NCBI GenBank assembly: GCA_049970095.1
Contig: JBMFNP010000001.1
Span: 18,912-82,911 of the forward strand
Direction: 5' to 3'
Length of the DNA: 64,000 bases
Origin: Thermoplasmata archaeon
Lineage (GTDB): Archaea > Thermoplasmatota > Thermoplasmata > Lutacidiplasmatales > SKW197
Numbering within the stretch: the stretch's first letter is position 1; each line of letters opens with the position of its first letter. The position numbers were made by a program, and so were the translations under genes. This document shows, piece after piece, positions 57,558 through 64,000 of the stretch. A model generated the notes under the pieces. That model was not told the DNA's origin. It saw nothing but the letters and a program-made list of their open reading frames with translations, and ran no database searches.

Positions 57558-58082
57558 TTACAACCTCTTATCCCCTTCTCTTATGATTGCACTGATACCT
57601 GTGGGATCTTCAATTACAACCGTCAGTTTTTCGGTGCCTGCAATAATTCGCTCTATTCTTTCTTTAATATCATAATATTTTGCCAGTTCCTTTCCACTGA
57701 GCGAGGGTCTTATATTCTCCAGCACATCCTCAAATCTTCTCAGAATACCCTCCACATTTGAGATATATGTTTCGGATTCAGGACCTGGCACAATTTCAAC
57801 ACCAAGTTCCTTGAATATAATCTTAGCCTTTGAGGATTTTACCACTCTCGCATCTAAGTCTTCTGGTTTCTCAATTACAAATTCAATTTTCACTGCACCT
57901 CTATTCTCCACAGGGCTCACATCTGAGGACTTATACCCGCAATCTTTACAAATAATTGTGCTCTGGATACATGTGCCCACATATGGAATGTCTAGCAATG
58001 TGGTATGCATTGAAACCTTTTTTTTCCCACACGAGGGACAGGGAATATCCACAAATACACCGAAATCACACCCTTCAGTCAT
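57558..58082 (-). CDS. ZPR1-type zinc-finger domain protein
   Basis: 174 aa. CPSCGKKK…(26 aa)…CKDCGYKS zinc ribbon followed by a beta domain, as in archaeal ZPR1 homologues. Confidence 0.55.
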   Translation of the reverse strand: MTEGCDFGVFVDIPCPSCGKKKVSMHTTLLDIPYVGTCIQSTIICKDCGYKSSDVSPVENRGAVKIEFVIEKPEDLDARVVKSSKAKIIFKELGVEIVPGPESETYISNVEGILRRFEDVLENIRPSLSGKELAKYYDIKERIERIIAGTEKLTVVIEDPTGISAIIREGDKRL

Positions 58083-58551
58083 CCTCTCCCTTTGATAATG
58101 CCTTGAGAATATCTCCTCTTGTCACTATTCCCAGAATTTTATGGTCTCTCACAATTGGAATACGATTTACTTTGTGCTTTACCATGAGCTGAATTACCTG
58201 CCCAAGATCGTCATCTGGTGAGGCTGTGATTACATCCCTCGTCATAATTTCTTCCACTTTTGTGTTCACAAGTTCATCATACACCTCCCTTGCTTTCCTT
58301 TCTTTCGGAATTTCTACAAATCCGACGCTAATAAGTGGGAGGCTGGGAAACACAAGGTGTAATTCCCTGAATTCTGTGCGTAATTTTTCAAATATATCCG
58401 CCTCGGAAATTATTCCAAGAAGGTTTCCGTCTTTATCAGTAACTGGTGCGCCACTTATATTGTGCTTTGCAAGAATATCCACTGCCTCTTTTATGTTAGC
58501 ATTTATAGGGATGGTAATTACCTTCTTTCGCATGCATTTTGAGACTTTCAT
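58075..58551 (-). CDS. CBS-domain pair protein
   Basis: Two CBS motifs (…ISGAPVTDKDGNLLGIISEADIF… and …VNRIPIVRDHKILGIVTRGDILKAL). Start chosen at the internal Met MKVSKCMRKK; the track ORF extends to 58689. Confidence 0.7.
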   Translation of the reverse strand: MKVSKCMRKKVITIPINANIKEAVDILAKHNISGAPVTDKDGNLLGIISEADIFEKLRTEFRELHLVFPSLPLISVGFVEIPKERKAREVYDELVNTKVEEIMTRDVITASPDDDLGQVIQLMVKHKVNRIPIVRDHKILGIVTRGDILKALSKGEDD

Positions 58552-58666
58552 GGTGGAACTTATTGCACACGGGTATATGTGTGTTTCTACGGTTGGGGAT
58601 GTAGAAATTTGTTTTGGTGCCACCATAGAAAAAAATATGTGAGAGTTCTTATATATCCCAGTTGGT

Positions 58667-59413
58667 GTGAGTATGAATAAAGAACGCATAGTAATCGGAT
58701 GCTGTGGATTGCCTGTTGCCCTTGAAAAATATGCAGGGATGCTTAATGCTGTGGAGACCCAGCAGACCTTCTACCAGTTAATCCCAGAAAAAACAGCTCA
58801 GACCTGGAGGGAAAAAGCAGATAAAGTAAAATCCGGGTTTGAGTTTACAGTGAAAGCACATCAGTTCATTACACATAACCCTAATGGAAGTACCTATCTT
58901 CGTGCAGGAATTAAAATTCCTGAGGAAAAGAAACAAAATTACGGATTTTTCAAGCAAACAGAAGAAGTTTTCAGTGCATGGGAACACACTGTAAAGATTG
59001 CCACGATACTGAGGGCTAAAGCCATTTTGATCCAGTCCCCACCTCAATTCAGTGAAAAACCTGACAATGTGACAAACCTGAAGAGTTTTTTTGAAAGAGC
59101 AAAGGATTCTAACTTTTTGTTATTTTGGGAACCGCGAGGAAAATGGAAGGATGAAACCGTGAAAGAAATCTGTGCACAATATGGGGTATATCACTGTGTT
59201 GACCCCACAAGAAGAAGGCCAGTGACGGAAAAGTTCTTTTATTTCAGATTGCACGGGGGTGCGAGATACAGGGGTTCATATAGCCTGCATCAACTATCAG
59301 ATCTTGCATTAATGTTGAGGGCACTGGATGGAGAACTTGCATTTGTGTTCTTCAATAATGAATACATGCTGGCTGATGCACAGAAGTTCGTAAAAATTAT
59401 AGAAGAAATTTGA
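58667..59413 (+). CDS. DUF72 (UPF0759) family protein
   Basis: 248 aa. N-terminal IVIGCCGLPVALEKYAGMLNAVETQQTFYQ resembles the DUF72 signature (IGTSGWSY…FYP). Confidence 0.6.
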   Translation: MSMNKERIVIGCCGLPVALEKYAGMLNAVETQQTFYQLIPEKTAQTWREKADKVKSGFEFTVKAHQFITHNPNGSTYLRAGIKIPEEKKQNYGFFKQTEEVFSAWEHTVKIATILRAKAILIQSPPQFSEKPDNVTNLKSFFERAKDSNFLLFWEPRGKWKDETVKEICAQYGVYHCVDPTRRRPVTEKFFYFRLHGGARYRGSYSLHQLSDLALMLRALDGELAFVFFNNEYMLADAQKFVKIIEEI

Positions 59414-59418
59414 TACAC

Positions 59419-60279
59419 TCACATTTTTCCAGCACGCTGGAGAATTATTAACTCCTCTGTGGTAATCTTTTTACCACTCAGAAACTTCTGGTAGATCTCT
59501 TCTGCCTGCTTATCACTGTCAGATTTTGCTTCTCTTCTGGTTTTCTGCCTCAGTGCATGCACCATTTTTTCAAGGTCATGGATTTCTCTTATTTTTTCCA
59601 GATGCTTTCTGTGTGCCTCATCTGCTTCAAGTTTTGCCTTCACAAATTTTTCTTGGGCTTCATCAGCCTGTCTTCTGATGTCATCAGCCTTTGAATAGAG
59701 TTCTACCATCTTTTCATGTTCAGACTGGGCTATCTCAGCATACTCATTTACCAGCTTATGATGACGCTCTGCTTCCTCCTTTGCCTGTTCATACTCCCGC
59801 ACAAGTGCCTTTATTTCTGGATCTTCTTCAATTTCCTTTTCTCTCTTTTTTATCTCTGCCTGGATTCTTGCAATTGATTTTATGAGTTCCTCTTCCTTCT
59901 CTCTAGATAGCACTGAAGTCATCTGTTTGAACTCCAGCTCTTTAAGTTCCTTTCGCAATTTGGCAATGGAATCACCATTCTTCGGAATCTTCTTTCGTTT
60001 TGCATATCGGATTTTATCTGCCAGCTCAAATGTCTTTTTATTCCACTTCTCCCTCTCCATCTTCTCTTCCTTTACCTTGTTATTATATTCTTCCCGCTTC
60101 TTTTTGTGCTCATTTGCAGCATCTGCTAGTTTCTTTGCTTCATTGTTTAACCTGTCTCGCTCTTCTACCCATTTCCTGGCTTCATCATTTAACCTATCTC
60201 TTTCTATCCTGTATTTTTCTGCTTCTGCATTTAGATTCTGAATCTTTTTTTCCAATTCGTGAAGCACTTCATCGGGCAT
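59419..60279 (-). CDS. archaeal coiled-coil protein (Lys/Glu-rich, COG1340-like)
   Basis: 286 aa of almost uninterrupted heptad-like K/E/R-rich sequence. Real, since it sits downstream of the STAND gene on the same strand; the antisense ORF 60000..60788 is low-complexity. Confidence 0.6.
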   Translation of the reverse strand: MPDEVLHELEKKIQNLNAEAEKYRIERDRLNDEARKWVEERDRLNNEAKKLADAANEHKKKREEYNNKVKEEKMEREKWNKKTFELADKIRYAKRKKIPKNGDSIAKLRKELKELEFKQMTSVLSREKEEELIKSIARIQAEIKKREKEIEEDPEIKALVREYEQAKEEAERHHKLVNEYAEIAQSEHEKMVELYSKADDIRRQADEAQEKFVKAKLEADEAHRKHLEKIREIHDLEKMVHALRQKTRREAKSDSDKQAEEIYQKFLSGKKITTEELIILQRAGKM

Positions 60280-60336
60280 ATGTGTTCCTCTTTAGAAGTG
60301 TAAAGCACCTATACTTTCACTTATTTATAATTGTTT

Positions 60337-62937
60337 CTATCTGCACTCTGCACTCAAACTTCCTCCAAATTTTTTCACTATTTCTGCCATTGCTTCCTCA
60401 ACCTCACTCTCAATACCGATTTTTGCAGCAACTTTCCGTGCCTCCTCTATTGCCTCCATGTATTTTTCCTTATCTCCCTTCTCTGCGTAAAGTTCTGCAA
60501 TGTCTATCTGGTTGTATACAAACATCCACTTATTTCCTGTCTTATTACACAGATGCTTTGCCTCCAGATACTCTGCCAGCGCCTTTTCAAACTCATTATT
60601 TTCAAAATATACATTCCCAAGATTGTTCTTTGAGATTGCCATACCATCCAGGTCGTGAATTCTTTTCTTCAGTTCGATACTCTTCTCAAGGATTTCCCTT
60701 GCATTTTCAAAATCCTCAAGTTCATAATACACCATTCCAAGATTGTTGTAAACAAGTGAAAGTCCATAGTAATCCTTTTTCCTCATGAAAATCTCCTCGC
60801 TTTTCCTCAGATAATCCATGCTTTCAGAATATCTCCCTTCATAGTAAAGAATCGCCCCAATACGGTTATAGGCACGGGCAATTTCAACATCCATATTGTA
60901 CTTCTCAAACACCCCAATTGCTTTCTTCTGAGCCTCAATTGCTTCGGCATATCTTCCACATCTTTCATGAATATAACCCTCAGTTGCCAGTGCTTTACCC
61001 ATCTCCAGATTTTTCTCGTCCTCCGGCAGTTTTTCAAATTCTTCAAATGCAACATTTATCCTTTCAAGTGCTGCAGCATGTTCCCCCATTTTTAGCAGTA
61101 CCTCTGCAAGTGCAAGATAACCCCTTCCCTTCTCCAGTGCATTCTCACCAGCCAGATTAATTTTTTCCTCAATCTTATCAGCTGCCTCAACAAACAGCCC
61201 TGATGATATCAATATTTCCACAATTTTTTCAAGTACATCAAGTGCAATCTTTTTTTCCTGGACATTGCACTTATCCAGCACATCATACAATCTCTGCAAG
61301 ATCTCTATGGCTTCTGTGTATGCAAATCTTTCTGCAAGTTTTTCACCTGCAGCAAACCCGTACTCTTTCAACTTGTCTATTCGCCCAGCTTTCAGATAAT
61401 GATACACCATAACCAGCATTTTATCAGCATCACCTTTTTGATATTCCTCCTCAAAAATTTTACCTGCAATCTCATGAAGTGCCGTTCTCAATTCCTCTCC
61501 TAACTCATTGTAGACTACTTCGCGGATTCTTGAGGGCTCAAATTTATAAGTGTTCTTTTCATGCCTTAACAACCCATAAGCCTTCTCAATTTTTGATAAA
61601 ATCCGCAGAACAGTTACCCTGTCCATTCCAAGCATTTTTTCCAGAACATTCGCAGTGAATTCATTACCTAGAACACTAGCGCTCTCAAGAATTTCAATCT
61701 CCTCCTCATTTAGCCTGGTGAGCTTCTCCTTTATGATTTCGTAAACTCTCTCTGGCACTTTTATCTCTTTTTTGTCGTATAACCAGACGTTTCCTTCTTT
61801 TCTTAGGAATTCTTTGTCGCTCAGATACTTCAAAACCTCAATAATAAACAGAGGATTTCCTTCCGTCTCCGCATAGATTGTGTCTTTAAATTCCTGATTT
61901 ATATAACCCTCTAGCACACTTTCAATCAATTGACATACACCTTCTTTATCCAGTGGTTCAAGCGTCAAAATATCCAGCAACTCTTCCCCTCTCATGGCAT
62001 TGATCAATTCAGAAAGGGATTGCCCTCCTGCTGCCTTGATCTCATCACTTCTTACTGTTCCAAAAATTCCGATGCGCTCACTCTGGATGTCTCTCGCAAT
62101 ATAATGCAGAAGTGAGAGAGTAGAGGAGTCTGCCCACTGAAGGTCATCCATTATAATTACAACTGGCTTCTCCCGTGAAATCCTTTTGATTCCAAGAAGT
62201 ACATTCTGGAATACACCAATTTTTCTTGTGGAACTGTCTATTCCAAGCATACTTCCATCATATTTCTCGCTTTCTACAAGGGCTTTCAGATAGTGCTGAA
62301 GGATATCATTCTCTTTATCATTGTCATTGCCTACCTCTTCAACTTTTGACAGAATCGCTTTCATATCCTCTATCAGATACTCGTTCTCAATCCCATCAAC
62401 AAGGGCTACAAGGTTTATTTTTTTTCCAGGGAGATTTATGATTGTGAAATCCCCATGTCTCATCACTCCAAGTTTTCCTTCTTCAACTTCATCTGCTCTC
62501 CCAGAAATTTGGTTCATAGAATCCTTTATAAAATTTTCCACGGCAGTTACCATACCCAGAAATATATCGGAATCAATATTCTGGTTTTTTCTTTCATACT
62601 TCGCTAAAATTATTCCTCCCTTATTTACAGCATACAAAGCATCCAGAGAGGGGATACTCTCAGCAAGAAGATATTCCTTGTTTATTTCTTTCAACATCTC
62701 ATAAATAGGAGTGAATGGTGCCATCCCAGGTACACATTTTCCAGACATCACATTAACTCCTCTGCTCTCACAGATTTTTCGGAGTTCTTCCAGAAGCCGT
62801 GTTTTTCCAACACCACCCTCCCCGAGCAAGAACACGGTTCTTCCCCTGCCCTTTCCTACATCATCAACAAAATGCTCACAGAATTTGAGCTCTTTTCTCC
62901 TGTCAACAAACTCGGGTGGCAACTTCAGGATGCTCAT
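60337..62937 (-). CDS. STAND-class NTPase (AAA_16-type) with ~150-aa domain inserted between Walker A and Walker B and C-terminal TPR-repeat array
   Basis: Walker A LLGEGGVGKTRLL near the N-terminus. Walker B VVIIMDDLQWAD. Insert …GDFTIINLPGKKINLVALVDGIENEYLIEDMKAILSKVEE…. At least 8 TPR-like repeats (…AYNRIGAILYYEGRYSESMDYLRKS…). Confidence 0.8.
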   Translation of the reverse strand: MSILKLPPEFVDRRKELKFCEHFVDDVGKGRGRTVFLLGEGGVGKTRLLEELRKICESRGVNVMSGKCVPGMAPFTPIYEMLKEINKEYLLAESIPSLDALYAVNKGGIILAKYERKNQNIDSDIFLGMVTAVENFIKDSMNQISGRADEVEEGKLGVMRHGDFTIINLPGKKINLVALVDGIENEYLIEDMKAILSKVEEVGNDNDKENDILQHYLKALVESEKYDGSMLGIDSSTRKIGVFQNVLLGIKRISREKPVVIIMDDLQWADSSTLSLLHYIARDIQSERIGIFGTVRSDEIKAAGGQSLSELINAMRGEELLDILTLEPLDKEGVCQLIESVLEGYINQEFKDTIYAETEGNPLFIIEVLKYLSDKEFLRKEGNVWLYDKKEIKVPERVYEIIKEKLTRLNEEEIEILESASVLGNEFTANVLEKMLGMDRVTVLRILSKIEKAYGLLRHEKNTYKFEPSRIREVVYNELGEELRTALHEIAGKIFEEEYQKGDADKMLVMVYHYLKAGRIDKLKEYGFAAGEKLAERFAYTEAIEILQRLYDVLDKCNVQEKKIALDVLEKIVEILISSGLFVEAADKIEEKINLAGENALEKGRGYLALAEVLLKMGEHAAALERINVAFEEFEKLPEDEKNLEMGKALATEGYIHERCGRYAEAIEAQKKAIGVFEKYNMDVEIARAYNRIGAILYYEGRYSESMDYLRKSEEIFMRKKDYYGLSLVYNNLGMVYYELEDFENAREILEKSIELKKRIHDLDGMAISKNNLGNVYFENNEFEKALAEYLEAKHLCNKTGNKWMFVYNQIDIAELYAEKGDKEKYMEAIEEARKVAAKIGIESEVEEAMAEIVKKFGGSLSAECR

Positions 62938-62973
62938 TGCTGCATGTAATTACACCTGAGTATTAATTTCTTT

Positions 62974-63111
62974 CTGAGAACCGAGGAACACAAGTTTTGT
63001 TTGAAAATTCAAAATTTTTGGACTTAGGTCTTACCATTACTATCTGGCAGGCTCTCGGTTTCCTGGCTGAGATTATTAGATAAATCTCATCAACCAAAGT
63101 TAAGGTTTCCC
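62974..63111 (-). repeat. copy B of the ~135-bp element (inverted relative to copy A), in divergent promoter region between STAND ATPase and DUF2156 genes; palindrome TTTGAAAATTCAAA at 63000..63013
   Basis: Its reverse complement is cacacagggaaaccttaactttggtt[gatgagatttat]ctaataatctcagccaggaaaccgagagcctgccagatagtaatggtaagacctaagtccaaaaattttgaattttcaaacaaaacttgtgttcctcggttctcag. An AAATTAATA TATA-like box lies ~30 nt before ATG 62937. Confidence 0.85.
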
Positions 63112-63274
63112 TGTGTGCCGCGCCCACTCATTTTCTAGTGATTTTCTAGTGAATTGCAATAAATTGCACAGGGGAATTGTTTTCAATAAACTTCTGACAG
63201 CGCCTTACCAAGGCATAGAACGCACAGTTGCCTGGTTAGGAAAGAATATAACGCCCTTTGTGTTTACTCATTCA

Positions 63275-64000
63275 ATGAAAGAGTTCCCAGAGTTTGAGCC
63301 ACTTACACTGGAACATAGATATCTCCTCCGAGAATCCTTACTGAATGCAAATCCTACAATTTCTGAGATGTGCTTTGGAAACCTGTATATCTGGCAGGAC
63401 ACATATCCTGCCTATGTTTCTATGATTGAAGATAGTTACATCCTGAGAGGGGAAAATGCATTTCTGGTACCTGTTTGTGAGAGAAATCATGAAAAAACAA
63501 TACATCTCATTGAAAAAATAGAAGGATACTGCACCAACCAGAAAAAGGATGTAATCTTCAAATATACTCCTGCACAATGTGCGAATGTGCTGAAAACGCG
63601 AGGATATGAGGTAATTCCAGACAGGGACAACTGGGACTATCTGTATTTGACAGAGCACCTGGCTGAACTCCAGGGACAGAAATACTACAGCAAAAGAAAG
63701 GATATCAAGAAATTTATGGTGGCTACTAATGAAAAGGCGGAATTTCTCCCTCTTGCTGAAAATCATCTTCTGGAATGCCTTGAAATTAATAGGAACTGGT
63801 TGAAAGAAAAAAACGTGAGGATGAGAACTACCTTGCAGGGGAGCAGCTTGCACTTACCCGTGCATTGAAAGATTATTCCGCACTTGAATTTATTGGCTTT
63901 GCGGTACTGCTGGATGGAGATGTAATAGGGTTTACTATTGGAGAGCAACTTAACAGAGAAACCGTGGTAGTGCATTTTGAAAAAGGAGATTACAGGTATC
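63275..64000 (+). CDS. DUF2156-family protein (LPG-synthase C-terminal-domain-like), interrupted by a frameshift at A7 run 63807..63813; runs off the window end
   Basis: Frame A gives MKEFPEFEPLTLEHRYLLRESLLNANPTISEMCFGNLYIWQDTYPAYV… up to stop 63866-63868. The +1 register from ~63808 continues KKREDENYLAGEQLALTRALKDYSALEFIGFAVLLDGDVIGFTIGEQLNRETVVVHFEKGDYRY with no stop to the window end. The junction is A AAA AAC. Confidence 0.6.

Noticed and set aside
60000-60788. 262-aa + strand ORF spanning the coiled-coil and STAND genes
   Set aside because: Its low-complexity Leu/Ser/Pro/His-rich translation is antisense to two well-supported minus-strand genes. It mirrors the K/E-rich coding strand.
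1-64000. CRISPR arrays, rRNA genes, integrase/transposase genes
   Set aside because: I did not see any regularly spaced direct repeats of 24-40 nt, rRNA-like conserved stretches, or recognisable integrase/transposase ORFs. The only mobile-like signatures are the non-coding repeats described in the findings.

Overview
The window reads as an archaeal (euryarchaeal) chromosome segment of roughly 40-42% GC. Supporting this: an L21e-RpoF-DUF655-Pus10 cluster, an archaeal-type TrpRS with a KMSAS motif, a pyruvoyl-dependent arginine decarboxylase, a digeranylgeranyl-lipid reductase, a bifunctional PGI/PMI, several proteins with class-III (prepilin-like) signal peptides, and GGAGGT Shine-Dalgarno sites.

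The left part (about 1-40.5 kb) is mostly housekeeping:
- An Lhr-like helicase on the minus strand that runs off the window start. It is absent from the supplied ORF track, presumably because its stop codon lies outside the window.
- A Wzx-like flippase, tRNA-modification and translation genes, a LeuB-family dehydrogenase, a stomatin, PurD, AspRS, TrpRS, CoaBC and an M20 peptidase.
- Two diverged paralogues of an unusual three-part enzyme (Zn-ribbon/PUA-like domain, PAPS-reductase-type PP-loop ATPase, 2x[4Fe-4S] ferredoxin).
- Two giant surface proteins: one with CARDB domains and a cytoplasmic zinc-ribbon tail, one with PKD domains.

The right part (about 40.5-63.1 kb) looks like an accessory block. 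It is bracketed by an inverted pair of near-identical ~135-bp elements, each carrying a TTTGAA-N2-TTCAAA palindrome. The block contains:
- A frameshifted remnant of a NosD-like beta-helix surface-protein gene.
- An MFS transporter and an MMPL/RND transporter.
- A secreted CARDB + clostripain-like (C11) peptidase.
- An SD-driven operon of two small pilin-like proteins plus a ~1400-aa pilin-like giant protein. The giant protein ends in a 13-Pro linker, and its bacterial-type GH25 muramidase domain is cut off by a single in-frame TAG exactly at the conserved Gln of the GIDVSxWQG motif.
- A ZnuABC-like transporter whose substrate-binding protein carries a ~150-aa insertion.
- A ZPR1-like protein, a CBS protein, DUF72, a coiled-coil protein, and a STAND (AAA_16) ATPase with an inserted domain and TPR repeats.

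Other structure noticed: a GC-rich, highly structured candidate ncRNA in the helicase/flippase divergent region; a 202-bp MITE-like element with 16-bp terminal inverted repeats; a tandem 11-nt repeat in the peptidase/pilin divergent promoter; and a DUF2156 gene at the window end broken by a frameshift at an A_AAA_AAC heptamer. No rRNA, CRISPR array or convincing tRNA was found.
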